From IMG/VR virus record IMGVR_UViG_3300009079_000013: DNA of 64,000 nucleotides; one strand, 5' to 3'. The translations under genes were made by a program, and so were the position numbers. Each line of letters opens with the position of its first letter. The stretch's first letter is position 1. Positions 30,676 to 40,335 of this stretch are shown here, piece after piece. This DNA is from a virus. The notes under the pieces were generated by a model. It saw nothing but the letters and a program-made list of their open reading frames with translations. It was not told where the DNA came from and ran no database searches.

Positions 30676-31353
30676 ATGAAGAAATTACTTAGAGATATTA
30701 GTATTAAAGCACCTGTAAATAATCCATTTAAAATAATAGAGGAGTATGGAAAACCCATGCCTCCTAGTTTAATACCAGGTCATTTATACGCGCTCGGTAT
30801 AGACACAGGTTCCCAAGTATCTCCCGATACTATTCCATACGATAAGCAGGATTATGTAGACAATAAAGACGATAAGTTCTTTGTTACGAAAAAACCATAT
30901 TATGATTCAATGCCATTTGGAATAGCATTAAATATAAACAATGAAAACTATCAATCTATTTTAAATTTAAAATTAATGTCACCTGTTTACCGAAGACTTA
31001 TACTAGATTCATATTATGCTATTATGAACGTTAAAAATAATTTCATAAGTCCATATGTAAGTGAAGATTTAAAAACCATAGATACTCCTATTGGTAAAAG
31101 AATAAGAGATCAATCTTATATGCAACCCTTTTTTGCTGTAAACGAATCGTTTATATCTAAGATTGTTAATGCAAATGTTAATTTTGCAATAAAAAACTAT
31201 GAGATAAATAGTATAAAGAAGGTTAGATTACTTGACTGGAATGCTTTACCCGATATATACAACATGGGAGTAGCCTCAGATGGAATAATATTTAACCAGA
31301 GAATAGGTGGAATAGAAGGAATATTCGAAAGATTCGAATCTAAGTTCTTTTAA
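30676..31353 (+). CDS. DNA end protector (T4 gp2-like)
   Basis: PGHLY...PYYDSMP...LNL pattern; directly after gp4. Confidence 0.55.
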   Translation: MKKLLRDISIKAPVNNPFKIIEEYGKPMPPSLIPGHLYALGIDTGSQVSPDTIPYDKQDYVDNKDDKFFVTKKPYYDSMPFGIALNINNENYQSILNLKLMSPVYRRLILDSYYAIMNVKNNFISPYVSEDLKTIDTPIGKRIRDQSYMQPFFAVNESFISKIVNANVNFAIKNYEINSIKKVRLLDWNALPDIYNMGVASDGIIFNQRIGGIEGIFERFESKFF

Positions 31354-31379
31354 ATCGTAAATAAAAACTATAATAAGCA

Positions 31380-33110
31380 ATGGCAGGATTTTTAGAAAAT
31401 ACAGTAAATAGATTAAGCAGCAGACTATCTGCATTAAGCAGATTCAATGTTAGGCATGAAGATCTTTTACTAAAGAATTCACAGGCAATTGGATTCATAG
31501 AAAGTCAACTAATGGCTAGAAGTAATGAACAATATGGCCAGAACGAGATGATGAGAATGTCGATGGCTATATCTGACACTACTTCTCAATTAAGAACAAA
31601 AGCAGTTGCCTTTTTTCAATTAGACTATGCTATAAAAAGAGAAAGACTTAGAGATATTGCATCCAATGGGGAAATAGAATTTGTATTAGAAACTATAACC
31701 GATGATGTTATAGTATATGATGATGAAAATATGTTTTGCCAACCGTCTGATCCTATTGGTAAAATGATGTACAAAGGAAACTCAAAGGAACAGCGATTAA
31801 AGTATCAAGATAATGTCATACGAAAATACAATGAAAACTTTCATAAAATATATAATTCATGGGGGTTTGGTGAAGGTATATCTGCCTGGCAATATGTATA
31901 TCAATATTTAGTAGAAGGTCATTTAGCGTTTGAAATAATATATGACAATCCTCAAAACCCTAGGGAAATAATAGGCTATAAAGAACTTGATCCTACTAGT
32001 ATAGTTCCCCAGTTATCGAAAGATAACGCAGGTAAATTATTTTTACAGTGGACCCAATATACTCCAAATAGTACTCATACTAGAACGCTTACAGATTCTC
32101 AAATAATATACTTGTCTTATTCGAATCATTTTAGAACAAAAAGAGTTAGCTTTGTAGAAAGACTAATACGTTCGTTTAATCTACTAAGAATTATTGAACA
32201 AAGCAAGGTTATATGGCACGTTATGAATGCTCCAATAAGACTAACCACTACTGTTCCCGTTGGTTCTAAATCTATTCAAAAAGCACAAGAAGACGTAAGA
32301 GAGTTTTTAAATATTCTTAAGGAAGATATTAACTTTGACAATGATTCAGGTGAAATAAAAGTAAACGGACAACCTAATATCTTATTTTATAAAAATTATG
32401 TTTTACCAGTAAATGATAGAAACGAACAAGTAAAGATTGAGCCATTACAGTATCCGGGACCTAATCTATCTGGATCTGAATTATTAAATCACTTCTTAAA
32501 GAAATTAAAGATGGATTCTAAAATTCCATATTCTCGTTGGGAAGGTCAATCTGGAATGGGAGCATTTACTCTCAATGCCGAAGGTATTACTAGAGAAGAA
32601 ATAAGATATAACAAATTCGTAAATAGAATTAGAACAACTATACAGGAACTTATAACTAAACCTCTTTGGTTACAAATGGAATTAGATATACCTCAGATAA
32701 AAGGAGATCATAAATTTAAAAACGCAATAGGCGTTAAATTTAATAATGATAATTTGTTTGAAGAAATGAAAGAACGAGAAGTTGCTAATAAGAGATTAGC
32801 TAGTTTCACTGCCATGAAAGGTGTAATGAACGATGATGGTACTCCATATTTCTCTACTGAATATTTAATAAGAAAGGAACTTAAAATGTCAGATGATGAA
32901 ATTTCAACAAACCAAAATTACATCATACAAGAGCAAGAAGCTCAGGAAGAAGCTAATTCCAAACCCCCTAAGCCTGATGGAAGTGCAGGAGGTGCTATGC
33001 CAGATGTAGGTGGTGGTGGAGCTGCGGCCGCTGGTAGCGGAGCTGCGGCTCCTGAAGGAGGAAGTGAAGTAGTGGATGGTGGAGAAACCAAAGGCGAAGG
33101 CCAATTATAA
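31380..33110 (+). CDS. Portal protein (T4 gp20-like)
   Basis: YLVEGHLAFE, ELDP, NLLRIIEQSKVIW..MNAP, KIPYSR, ITREEIRYNKFVNRIR, FNNDNLFEE. Confidence 0.9.
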   Translation: MAGFLENTVNRLSSRLSALSRFNVRHEDLLLKNSQAIGFIESQLMARSNEQYGQNEMMRMSMAISDTTSQLRTKAVAFFQLDYAIKRERLRDIASNGEIEFVLETITDDVIVYDDENMFCQPSDPIGKMMYKGNSKEQRLKYQDNVIRKYNENFHKIYNSWGFGEGISAWQYVYQYLVEGHLAFEIIYDNPQNPREIIGYKELDPTSIVPQLSKDNAGKLFLQWTQYTPNSTHTRTLTDSQIIYLSYSNHFRTKRVSFVERLIRSFNLLRIIEQSKVIWHVMNAPIRLTTTVPVGSKSIQKAQEDVREFLNILKEDINFDNDSGEIKVNGQPNILFYKNYVLPVNDRNEQVKIEPLQYPGPNLSGSELLNHFLKKLKMDSKIPYSRWEGQSGMGAFTLNAEGITREEIRYNKFVNRIRTTIQELITKPLWLQMELDIPQIKGDHKFKNAIGVKFNNDNLFEEMKEREVANKRLASFTAMKGVMNDDGTPYFSTEYLIRKELKMSDDEISTNQNYIIQEQEAQEEANSKPPKPDGSAGGAMPDVGGGGAAAAGSGAAAPEGGSEVVDGGETKGEGQL

Positions 33111-33112
33111 AT

Positions 33113-33322
33113 ATGATAAAGAAAGGGATAATATCAGGCAAAGTTTTAAAAGGAAGTAATCCTGAGCAATTAAATGTTACACATGGACCTAATACTCATA
33201 AAGTACATAAGCATCCAGTAGACGATTTAATTGATAAGTCTATAGGGAAAACTGCTGAGTGGTTTGAACCTAACGGAAGTGTAATTATTCCAACTGAAAA
33301 GATAGAATATTTAAAATCTTAA
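33113..33322 (+). CDS. Hypothetical protein
   Basis: 69-aa ORF following the portal gene. Confidence 0.45.
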   Translation: MIKKGIISGKVLKGSNPEQLNVTHGPNTHKVHKHPVDDLIDKSIGKTAEWFEPNGSVIIPTEKIEYLKS

Positions 33323-33329
33323 TACGTTT

Positions 33330-33704
33330 TTATCCGTAGAATATACCAAATGGATTATCTCCATCGATATTTATTTTTAATACAAATACATCCCTGTCTT
33401 TTTCGTCTGTATATTTAGAAGGAGCCACGTCTATATTTTTAATTTTAGCAGATGCAACATATCTTTCTATCTGATTATTAGCCTCATTGGATAAATTAAA
33501 AGGGTCTGTTTCAAAATCAAAAAGATATTTATTTACATCTAACCCAAACTCAGGTTCTCCTAACACGCTTCCTCTTTCAGTTAAAACAGTCATTTTAATT
33601 TGAGATATTGCTTCTTCGGTATCATCCGATATTTGTAAAACTCCCTTTTTATAATTTGGATCAGTTTCAGTTCTCATATAAAAGTCTTTAAGTGTTGATG
33701 CCAT
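33330..33704 (-). CDS. Baseplate wedge subunit, gp25-like
   Basis: LTERGSVLGEPEFGLDVNKYLFD. Confidence 0.8.
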   Translation of the reverse strand: MASTLKDFYMRTETDPNYKKGVLQISDDTEEAISQIKMTVLTERGSVLGEPEFGLDVNKYLFDFETDPFNLSNEANNQIERYVASAKIKNIDVAPSKYTDEKDRDVFVLKINIDGDNPFGIFYG

Positions 33705-33718
33705 TTTAATACATTATT

Positions 33719-34453
33719 TTATTGTCTATATAGATAAATCCAATCAGGAGTATTCTCCTTACTCATCATGTCTTCCACTGCCTTTATCTCAGCTTCAGCC
33801 GTAGATGTTATAGATTCATAACTAATAGCTACATTACCAGGTAGAGTATATTTAAAAGTCTGTAACATATGTGCTAGTCTAACTTTACATTTAGCTCTTA
33901 CCCATCTTTGAAAGATTTCATCTTCATATAACTTATCTACTTCTAGTTTTTTATAAAACTGAACAATTGCATCTACCTTAGGAGTTCTTCCCACTATTGT
34001 AAGTAATTTAGTATTTTTGTTATAATCATACGCTAATGTGTCTAATACAAGTCCTCTGGTTAAATCTAAGAAGCTAAAGATTACTGTTCTATACATTATA
34101 CTCTCTCCAATAAAAGGTGTTAGAAACACTTCTGAACCTATAAATTTTGACTCTGAAAAGTCTCTATCCATTGTTCCGAAAATAGAACCTCCAGTAGGTT
34201 CTTTACATTGTGTAACAAATTGTACACAATCTGGTAATTGTATCTGTCGTATTTTCTTAAATTGTTTAGAATCAAATAATTCTTTAGGAAGACTTAAATA
34301 TCTGGGCTCAACGGCATGTCTCCAGTTATCCCAAAAATACCTTGCACCTATGTCAAGTTGCCTCTTAATCTCTTTCTCGGGTAAAGAATATGGTAACATT
34401 CCTGAAAATGTTATTTCTTCATTAATGTCTTTTATTAAATCTTCTTCAGTCAT
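33719..34453 (-). CDS. Neck/head-tail adaptor (T4 gp13-like)
   Basis: YDYNKNTKLLTI, WVRAKCK..LAHML...LPGNV pattern. Confidence 0.65.
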   Translation of the reverse strand: MTEEDLIKDINEEITFSGMLPYSLPEKEIKRQLDIGARYFWDNWRHAVEPRYLSLPKELFDSKQFKKIRQIQLPDCVQFVTQCKEPTGGSIFGTMDRDFSESKFIGSEVFLTPFIGESIMYRTVIFSFLDLTRGLVLDTLAYDYNKNTKLLTIVGRTPKVDAIVQFYKKLEVDKLYEDEIFQRWVRAKCKVRLAHMLQTFKYTLPGNVAISYESITSTAEAEIKAVEDMMSKENTPDWIYLYRQ

Positions 34454-34477
34454 CTGGTATTATTTATTTTAAAAAAT

Positions 34478-34930
34478 CTATTGGTTAGAACCGGGTCCGT
34501 TTCCTGAGGTTTTATCGCTAAATCTTATGTCTGAGGTATCTATCTCAACAGTACCGTCTTCTTTTTTAAGCTTAGCCAAAGCTCTATGATTTTTCTTATT
34601 AGACAACTCGTCCCTTTTTGATGCTCTGCTAGCCGCGTTAGATTGAACCCCCTGTAAACATCTGTCCTTTATATTTCTTTTCCAATCGCTATGAAATATT
34701 AAATTAAGAGCTCTTGATATATCAACTTCTTCAATATCTCCTATGTTGTTATAAGGATCTCTTGCTAACTTTTCATTAGCTAATTCTTGAGCAATTGCCA
34801 TTATACTAGTGTACATATTAGCTACTGCGCTGTTTACCATTCCAGTATAGTTAGTATTATACACTACATTATCTTTTTCTTCATTTAGAAAAGATTCTAT
34901 GTCGCTTATATGTTTGCTTTTATGCTTCAT
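34478..34930 (-). CDS. Hypothetical protein with CTS-like leader
   Basis: KHISDIESFLNE. Confidence 0.55.
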   Translation of the reverse strand: MKHKSKHISDIESFLNEEKDNVVYNTNYTGMVNSAVANMYTSIMAIAQELANEKLARDPYNNIGDIEEVDISRALNLIFHSDWKRNIKDRCLQGVQSNAASRASKRDELSNKKNHRALAKLKKEDGTVEIDTSDIRFSDKTSGNGPGSNQ

Positions 34931-35144
34931 TGGCTTCTTCCTGATCTTCTATTTGTCTAAGTTGCTCTATTTCTATGTCTAATTTAGAAATGTCTGACTC
35001 AATTTGAGTTTTTTGAATGTCATCTGTAGTTTGCTTTAGTTTTTCTTGCAAAGCTTTTTTCTGATCTAATAACTGAATTTCTTTAGTATTAGTTTCAATA
35101 GATTCTGATACAAATCCTTTAAAATTTTTAATATAATTTTTCAT
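34920..35144 (-). CDS. Small coiled-coil protein with CTS-like leader
   Basis: MKNYIKNFKGFVSES. Confidence 0.55.
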   Translation of the reverse strand: MKNYIKNFKGFVSESIETNTKEIQLLDQKKALQEKLKQTTDDIQKTQIESDISKLDIEIEQLRQIEDQEEANEA

Positions 35145-35149
35145 GTTCT

Positions 35150-36205
35150 CTATTTTAATTTTTCTGGAATATTTATCACCATTGATAATATCCTATTTAC
35201 GTCTTCTATTTTATCTTTTCTTTTAAAATATGAAACGTCTTTATATTTATTATTTATCTCACGAATTTTCTTAGATGTATCAGCTGTGTTGTTGTTTAAT
35301 GAGTTTTTACAAAGCATAGTTAAATATAGCAAAATACCTAAATTTAATTCATCGAATTGTTCATATATGTCTTCATGATCTTCATAATATCCATTTCCTT
35401 CAAAATAACCTTCATCTAAATTTTCATATTTTGATTCCAGTCTTCTTCCAATATAATTAACTTGTGCATCTAAAATGTCTAATATTCCATGTTTAGATAA
35501 TCCAGTTTTTAGGATAGCTGCTGATATTGAAATTTTATTTTTAGTATAGTTAACTACAATTTCATCTAAAGAAGGAAGATCGTTAGTAGAATTTATTCTA
35601 AAAATAGTATTAAATGTTTTAGAGTTTTCACTGTTTATAGGACCTACTATTTCTGATGTATATTCACCGCTATCTCCTCCATCTGGAGGATTATAATAAT
35701 CTCCGGGGTCTCCTTCAGTTGGAGTGTTTATCGTATCGTAAAAAATCTCTACTCCTATTTCTAATATTTTATCATTTATAGTTCCATCTATATCGTCTTC
35801 TTCTAGATTAAGGTTACCTGAATCTATGTCGTTTAACATTGACATGCATATATTTTCATATTCAGTTTCACCTAAGCTTTTTTCTATTGATGTAAATTTC
35901 TCTACCATATAGTCTAAAGCTCTATCTGACTGAAGGTCTGATATTTCATTACGTTTATCATTATTGATATCTTCTTCACCAGTTGGGTCTTGTCCAAACC
36001 TTCCACCTCCTGCACCTCCAAAACCGCCTGATAAATAAGGAGAATTATTCCAATGCATAGGCATTCTTCCTATTCCTCCTACATGAGTGTTTATAGATAG
36101 CGGAGTCGGTACACTAGGGTTTCTAACAAACATATGCTCAGGAGGATATTCTATTGTGATAGCCCCAAAATGCTCTTTGATATATTCTTTGTAACTTTTT
36201 ACCAT
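35150..36205 (-). CDS. Hypothetical protein with CTS-like leader
   Basis: MVKSYKEYIKE. Confidence 0.55.
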   Translation of the reverse strand: MVKSYKEYIKEHFGAITIEYPPEHMFVRNPSVPTPLSINTHVGGIGRMPMHWNNSPYLSGGFGGAGGGRFGQDPTGEEDINNDKRNEISDLQSDRALDYMVEKFTSIEKSLGETEYENICMSMLNDIDSGNLNLEEDDIDGTINDKILEIGVEIFYDTINTPTEGDPGDYYNPPDGGDSGEYTSEIVGPINSENSKTFNTIFRINSTNDLPSLDEIVVNYTKNKISISAAILKTGLSKHGILDILDAQVNYIGRRLESKYENLDEGYFEGNGYYEDHEDIYEQFDELNLGILLYLTMLCKNSLNNNTADTSKKIREINNKYKDVSYFKRKDKIEDVNRILSMVINIPEKLK

Positions 36206-36215
36206 ATTAAATGAT

Positions 36216-36491
36216 TTATAAATCCATCCAGGAATCTTTGTCCATCATTGAATCAAACGCAGTAGGTTCTCTATCTGCTATTTCATCCCATGTCGGTATT
36301 TTATTCGATATTTCAACATCTACCGTTGGATTTTCCATAAGATGCATCTTTAGAATGTTTTCAATTGTACTGTATTCTGCATCTAGTTGCATTTCCTCTA
36401 GTTTATCTAATAACTGATCTACGGTCATTGATAGTATTTCTTGTGGCCATTCTTCGTCGTGATGTTCAAATATTTTATTCCAACTTTTCAT
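36216..36491 (-). CDS. Acidic hypothetical protein
   Basis: 91 aa, MKSWNKIFE. Confidence 0.5.
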   Translation of the reverse strand: MKSWNKIFEHHDEEWPQEILSMTVDQLLDKLEEMQLDAEYSTIENILKMHLMENPTVDVEISNKIPTWDEIADREPTAFDSMMDKDSWMDL

Positions 36492-36526
36492 ATCAATAGG
36501 AGTTTATTTTATATATTTAGAATTAT

Positions 36527-36537
36527 TTAGTATAATA
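36527..36537 (+). promoter_or_regulatory. Putative early/middle promoter TTAGTATAATA
   Basis: Identical 11-mer at 36527, 37604, 50005, 52153 and 53949; its TATAAT ends 15-22 nt before an ATG. Confidence 0.65.
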
Positions 36538-36555
36538 TTATAAAATAAATCAAAT

Positions 36556-36771
36556 ATGTTCTTTAAAAAACGTAAAACAATTACTGAAACAGATGGATAT
36601 AGAAGCGAAATACTTAAAGCTAAACTTAAGACTGATGTAATCAATAAACTTAATCAGATAAGAATGCACATAGATAAAGAAGATAATTGCTCATATGGAG
36701 CTTCTTACGAGCAAAACCTTAGAATAATACTAGAAGACCTAGATGATATTTTATTAAATTGGAAAGATTAG
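36556..36771 (+). CDS. Hypothetical protein
   Basis: 71 aa, follows TTAGTATAATA. Confidence 0.55.
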   Translation: MFFKKRKTITETDGYRSEILKAKLKTDVINKLNQIRMHIDKEDNCSYGASYEQNLRIILEDLDDILLNWKD

Positions 36772-36775
36772 AATT

Positions 36776-37597
36776 ATGCCTGAATTAGCAGAACTTAGAT
36801 TAACAGCGGATTATATAAATCAAACAGTTAAAGGAAAAACCTTTAATAAAGTTAAGAATAATCCAGAACATAAATGGAAACCCTTATTTCAAAAACATCC
36901 ATCATTTACTATTAAAGCCAAAAGTAGAGGTAAGGAGTTAATAGTATATATGAACAATTATCCTATAAGAATGACAATGGGTATGTCAGGTTATTTTAGA
37001 ATAACTAAGACAGGTGAAGAGCATAAACATTCGCATATTATTTTTGAATCAACTTGTGGAATGTCATTATCATTTATTGACATGAGAAGATTTGGTAAAT
37101 GGTGGCCAGGACAGGAGTGGTCAAATGACAGAGGCCCTGACCCAACTCTTGATTTTGAGGAATTTGTTAGTAATGTTAAATCTAATTTACATAAGAAAAT
37201 ATTTAATAAACCTATATGTGAAATACTTTTGAATCAAAAGTATTTTAATGGTATAGGTAACTATTTAAGAGCTGAAATAATTTATAGAATCGAGGAACTA
37301 AGTCCTTTTATGAAAGCAAGTGAAGCAATAGAAAAATATCCAGACATATTAAAACTTTGTAAATATATGCCAGAATTAGCTTATATCATGGGCGGAGGAA
37401 GCATTAAAGATTGGAAAAATCCATTTTTAAAAGAGTCAGGTAATTTTATGAAATGCTATGGTAATAGTGACATGATTAGAGAAAAAGATGGAACCGGAAG
37501 AACGATATGGTATAGACCTGAACACCAATGGAAAAAAATAGATGAAGATCAGTGGGACCATTATTCAGGTTTACCTAATCCTAAATACTATAGTTAA
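36776..37597 (+). CDS. nei: Fpg/Nei DNA glycosylase/AP lyase (NEIL1-like, no Cys4 finger)
   Basis: N-terminal MPELAE, SRGKEL, MGMSG, DMRRFG, GPD, H2TH LLNQKYFNGIGNYLRAEI, C-terminal GRTIWY. Confidence 0.9.
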   Translation: MPELAELRLTADYINQTVKGKTFNKVKNNPEHKWKPLFQKHPSFTIKAKSRGKELIVYMNNYPIRMTMGMSGYFRITKTGEEHKHSHIIFESTCGMSLSFIDMRRFGKWWPGQEWSNDRGPDPTLDFEEFVSNVKSNLHKKIFNKPICEILLNQKYFNGIGNYLRAEIIYRIEELSPFMKASEAIEKYPDILKLCKYMPELAYIMGGGSIKDWKNPFLKESGNFMKCYGNSDMIREKDGTGRTIWYRPEHQWKKIDEDQWDHYSGLPNPKYYS

Positions 37598-37603
37598 TAT
37601 TAT

Positions 37604-37614
37604 TTAGTATAATA
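37604..37614 (+). promoter_or_regulatory. Putative promoter TTAGTATAATA for ligase and the cassette array
   Basis: Recurrent 11-mer; no further copy seen inside the array. Confidence 0.65.
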
Positions 37615-37628
37615 TAAAAAAATAAAAA

Positions 37629-38948
37629 ATGTTTAATAGATTACAGCAATTCGTAGAGAGAAGTAACTCAACAAACTCAAACACTGATAAATTAAATGTC
37701 TTAAGAGACTATATATCAGACCAGGAGGTCCTTCAAGCCCTTAGGTATGTATATTCCCCCTTTAAACAGTATTATGTTACTTCAAAAAATCTTAAAAAGA
37801 GAAGTGACCTGGTTAGTCCAGTCGGAAACCAATACGGTAGCATCTTTACCCTATTAGATACGTTAAATGATAGAATAATCACAGGACATGATGCCATTGC
37901 AGCCGTAAACAGATTTATTCTCGAAAACAGACAATACGAAGACCTTATTTATAACATCTTCGACCGGAATCTTAAGACCCGTTCTACAACTTCAATGATT
38001 AACAAAGTTGTACCAGGTTTGGTTCCAACATTCGATGTAGCATTAGCCGCAACTTATGATGAGAAAACCAAAAAGAAAGTCAATCTTGATTCTGATGAAT
38101 GGTACCTTTCTAGAAAATTGGACGGAGTCAGATGTTTAGCATTCTTCGACAATTTTGGAACTGTTACTTTCAAAAGTAGAAGTGGCAAACCATTTGATAC
38201 ACTTGGAAACGTGGCCAAAGAACTTGAAGGTCTTAAACTCTATAACATTGTAATGGATGGAGAGATTTGCATTGTTGATGAAAATGGCGATGAAGATTTT
38301 CAATCAATCATCAAAGAAATTAAAAGAAAAGACCACACCATCGAAAACCCATTATTTCAAATTTTCGATATGATATCGTTAGAAGACTTTGAGAATAAGG
38401 CATCTAGGGAAAAATTAAGTGAGAGGCTTGATAACCTTCAAATGTCAATCGACCATGTTTATACCCCAATGGTCCCACCAACATACTTCAGAGTACTTGA
38501 ACAGGACCTCTTAACCAGTTGGGATATGTTTGAGTCTAAGATGGACCATGCAGTTCAAAGCGGTTGGGAAGGTCTAATGCTAAGAAAAGACGATAAGTAC
38601 CAGGGAAAACGCAGTACTGATATCTTAAAAGTAAAGAAATTCTATGATGAAGAGTATATTGTCGTAGACTTAGAGAACTCCCCAAACCGTGTAATTGTCA
38701 ATGGGCTTGAAGTAGAAGAAATGATGCTAAAGAATGTTATCATAGAACACAAAGGAAACAGAGTACAGGTTGGAAGTGGTTTTACAATTGATGAAAGAAG
38801 AAGTTATTTTAAAAATCCTAATAAAATATTAGGTAAGACCATAACCGTACAGTACTTTGAAACTACAAAAAATAATCAAGGTACAGAATCACTTAGGTTC
38901 CCAGTGATTAAAGCAGTTTATGAAAACGGAAGAGTTGATTATGTATAA
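37629..38948 (+). CDS. lig: ATP-dependent DNA ligase
   Basis: KLDGVRC, SRSGK, MDGEI, FDMI, EGLMLRK, LKVKK, VGSGFT, SLRFP. Confidence 0.93.
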   Translation: MFNRLQQFVERSNSTNSNTDKLNVLRDYISDQEVLQALRYVYSPFKQYYVTSKNLKKRSDLVSPVGNQYGSIFTLLDTLNDRIITGHDAIAAVNRFILENRQYEDLIYNIFDRNLKTRSTTSMINKVVPGLVPTFDVALAATYDEKTKKKVNLDSDEWYLSRKLDGVRCLAFFDNFGTVTFKSRSGKPFDTLGNVAKELEGLKLYNIVMDGEICIVDENGDEDFQSIIKEIKRKDHTIENPLFQIFDMISLEDFENKASREKLSERLDNLQMSIDHVYTPMVPPTYFRVLEQDLLTSWDMFESKMDHAVQSGWEGLMLRKDDKYQGKRSTDILKVKKFYDEEYIVVDLENSPNRVIVNGLEVEEMMLKNVIIEHKGNRVQVGSGFTIDERRSYFKNPNKILGKTITVQYFETTKNNQGTESLRFPVIKAVYENGRVDYV

Positions 38949-38960
38949 ACCAAAACAACG

Positions 38961-39089
38961 ATGAGTAATATAGATATTGTAATTATATACCTATTTGTGC
39001 CATTTTTAATGGGTGTAACAGCTGTTTTGGGTGGGGATGTCTTTAAAGATTGGATAAAACATAAAATTAAACAAAAAGATGATGAATAA
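38961..39089 (+). CDS. Cassette 1: 42-aa single-TM peptide (not in ORF track)
   Basis: MSNIDIVIIYLFVPFLMGVTAVLGGDVFKDWIKHKIKQKDDE; starts in repeat copy 1. Confidence 0.6.
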   Translation: MSNIDIVIIYLFVPFLMGVTAVLGGDVFKDWIKHKIKQKDDE

Positions 39090-39399
39090 AAAAGAATTTA
39101 AACCCCTAAAATGTTTTTTAAAATGGTCTTATGGTGAACCAAAACACCCTAAAGAATCTATGACAGAGTTTACCTGGGGTTCAGGTATTAATATGACAAT
39201 TGCGGGACCAGAATTAAAGTTTGATGAAAATACAACATTATCCGAATGGAGACAGTCAGAAATAAAAAAGTGGGAGAATCTTATGGAAGATTTTAATAAA
39301 GATAAAAGAATACAACAGTTAGACTTTAGAATAAACCCAAATAGGAATGATGTCGAAGAAGTTGAATCAGATATTAACTTCATTAAGTGGGTAGATTAA
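39079..39399 (+). CDS. Cassette 2: hypothetical protein
   Basis: 106 aa; ends at the repeat's first TAA. Confidence 0.65.
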   Translation: MMNKKEFKPLKCFLKWSYGEPKHPKESMTEFTWGSGINMTIAGPELKFDENTTLSEWRQSEIKKWENLMEDFNKDKRIQQLDFRINPNRNDVEEVESDINFIKWVD

Positions 39400-39411
39400 A
39401 CCAAAACAAAG

Positions 39412-39672
39412 ATGAGTAAAAAAGACAATAATTTAGAAATGTTATTAGTTGGTTTATTCCCACAAAACAAAATTAAAGTTGATACTGAAATCCACAGTAA
39501 ATTCGGTATGTGTATTGATGTGAATGTTGATGATAAGAAAATAAAATTCAAAATACCAGAAATAGACCCAATAGAAAGGATGATGTTTTCAGTTGAAGAT
39601 TGGGCTATGGAATACAGCCATTTAATCGTGCAGGAAATCAGAAATCAATTAAACCAAAACAAAGATGAGTAA
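39412..39672 (+). CDS. Cassette 3: hypothetical protein
   Basis: MSK...LNQNKDE. Confidence 0.65.
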   Translation: MSKKDNNLEMLLVGLFPQNKIKVDTEIHSKFGMCIDVNVDDKKIKFKIPEIDPIERMMFSVEDWAMEYSHLIVQEIRNQLNQNKDE

Positions 39673-39805
39673 AGAAGAAATTATAGATTCCTTATACGAT
39701 ATATTAGATGAAATAGATGAAACACCAAAGGATGAATTTGTTGATATAGTGTATATTAAAGAAACGCTAGAAAATATAATAAAACAAAACAAAGAAGATG
39801 AGTAA
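39665..39805 (+). CDS. Cassette 4: 46-aa acidic peptide (not in ORF track)
   Basis: MSKEEIIDSLYDILDEIDETPKDEFVDIVYIKETLENIIKQNKEDE. Confidence 0.6.
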   Translation: MSKEEIIDSLYDILDEIDETPKDEFVDIVYIKETLENIIKQNKEDE

Positions 39806-39941
39806 AGATTATTTAGATAAGTCGGAAGAAAGACAAAAGCAGAACATAGAAAAGATTAAACCAAAACAAATGCCACATCCTATTCCTAAATTGAAATGGT
39901 GGCAGATGTTAATAGGAGGATTCAAAGGTAGAAGATATTAA
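39798..39941 (+). CDS. Cassette 5: 47-aa basic peptide with an internal partial repeat (not in ORF track)
   Basis: MSKDYLDKSEERQKQNIEKIKPKQMPHPIPKLKWWQMLIGGFKGRRY. Confidence 0.55.
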   Translation: MSKDYLDKSEERQKQNIEKIKPKQMPHPIPKLKWWQMLIGGFKGRRY

Positions 39942-39956
39942 ACCAAAACAAATAAG

Positions 39957-40172
39957 ATGAGAAATAATATAGAAGACTTATCATTAGAATTAATAAAAGA
40001 CATTAAAAGTTTAGAGGGGTTTAAAAGTTCACTCATAGAGGAAGAACTTATACATAACTTATCAGAAAAATTAGACAATTTAACTAGTGAAGACAAAGAG
40101 GAAAGAATTAAGGCATTACACAATATGTTTGCACTAGGTCAAATATTTACAAACCAAAACAAAGATGAGTAA
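39957..40172 (+). CDS. Cassette 6: hypothetical protein
   Basis: 71 aa, ends TNQNKDE. Confidence 0.65.
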   Translation: MRNNIEDLSLELIKDIKSLEGFKSSLIEEELIHNLSEKLDNLTSEDKEERIKALHNMFALGQIFTNQNKDE

Positions 40173-40335
40173 AGAAATTGAAAAAATAAGTAAGCAATTA
40201 TTTGAACTTAAAGAATGGCTATCTGAACAACCAGGACATCCTAGTCATCTTTCTAATTTACCTCAGTGGTTTTGGGAAGGTTGGGGTGAATGTATAGATG
40301 ATTTAAAACGATTAAGTAAAACAAAACAAAGATGA
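40165..40335 (+). CDS. Cassette 7: 56-aa Trp-rich peptide (not in ORF track)
   Basis: MSKEIEKISKQLFELKEWLSEQPGHPSHLSNLPQWFWEGWGECIDDLKRLSKTKQR. Confidence 0.6.
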   Translation: MSKEIEKISKQLFELKEWLSEQPGHPSHLSNLPQWFWEGWGECIDDLKRLSKTKQR

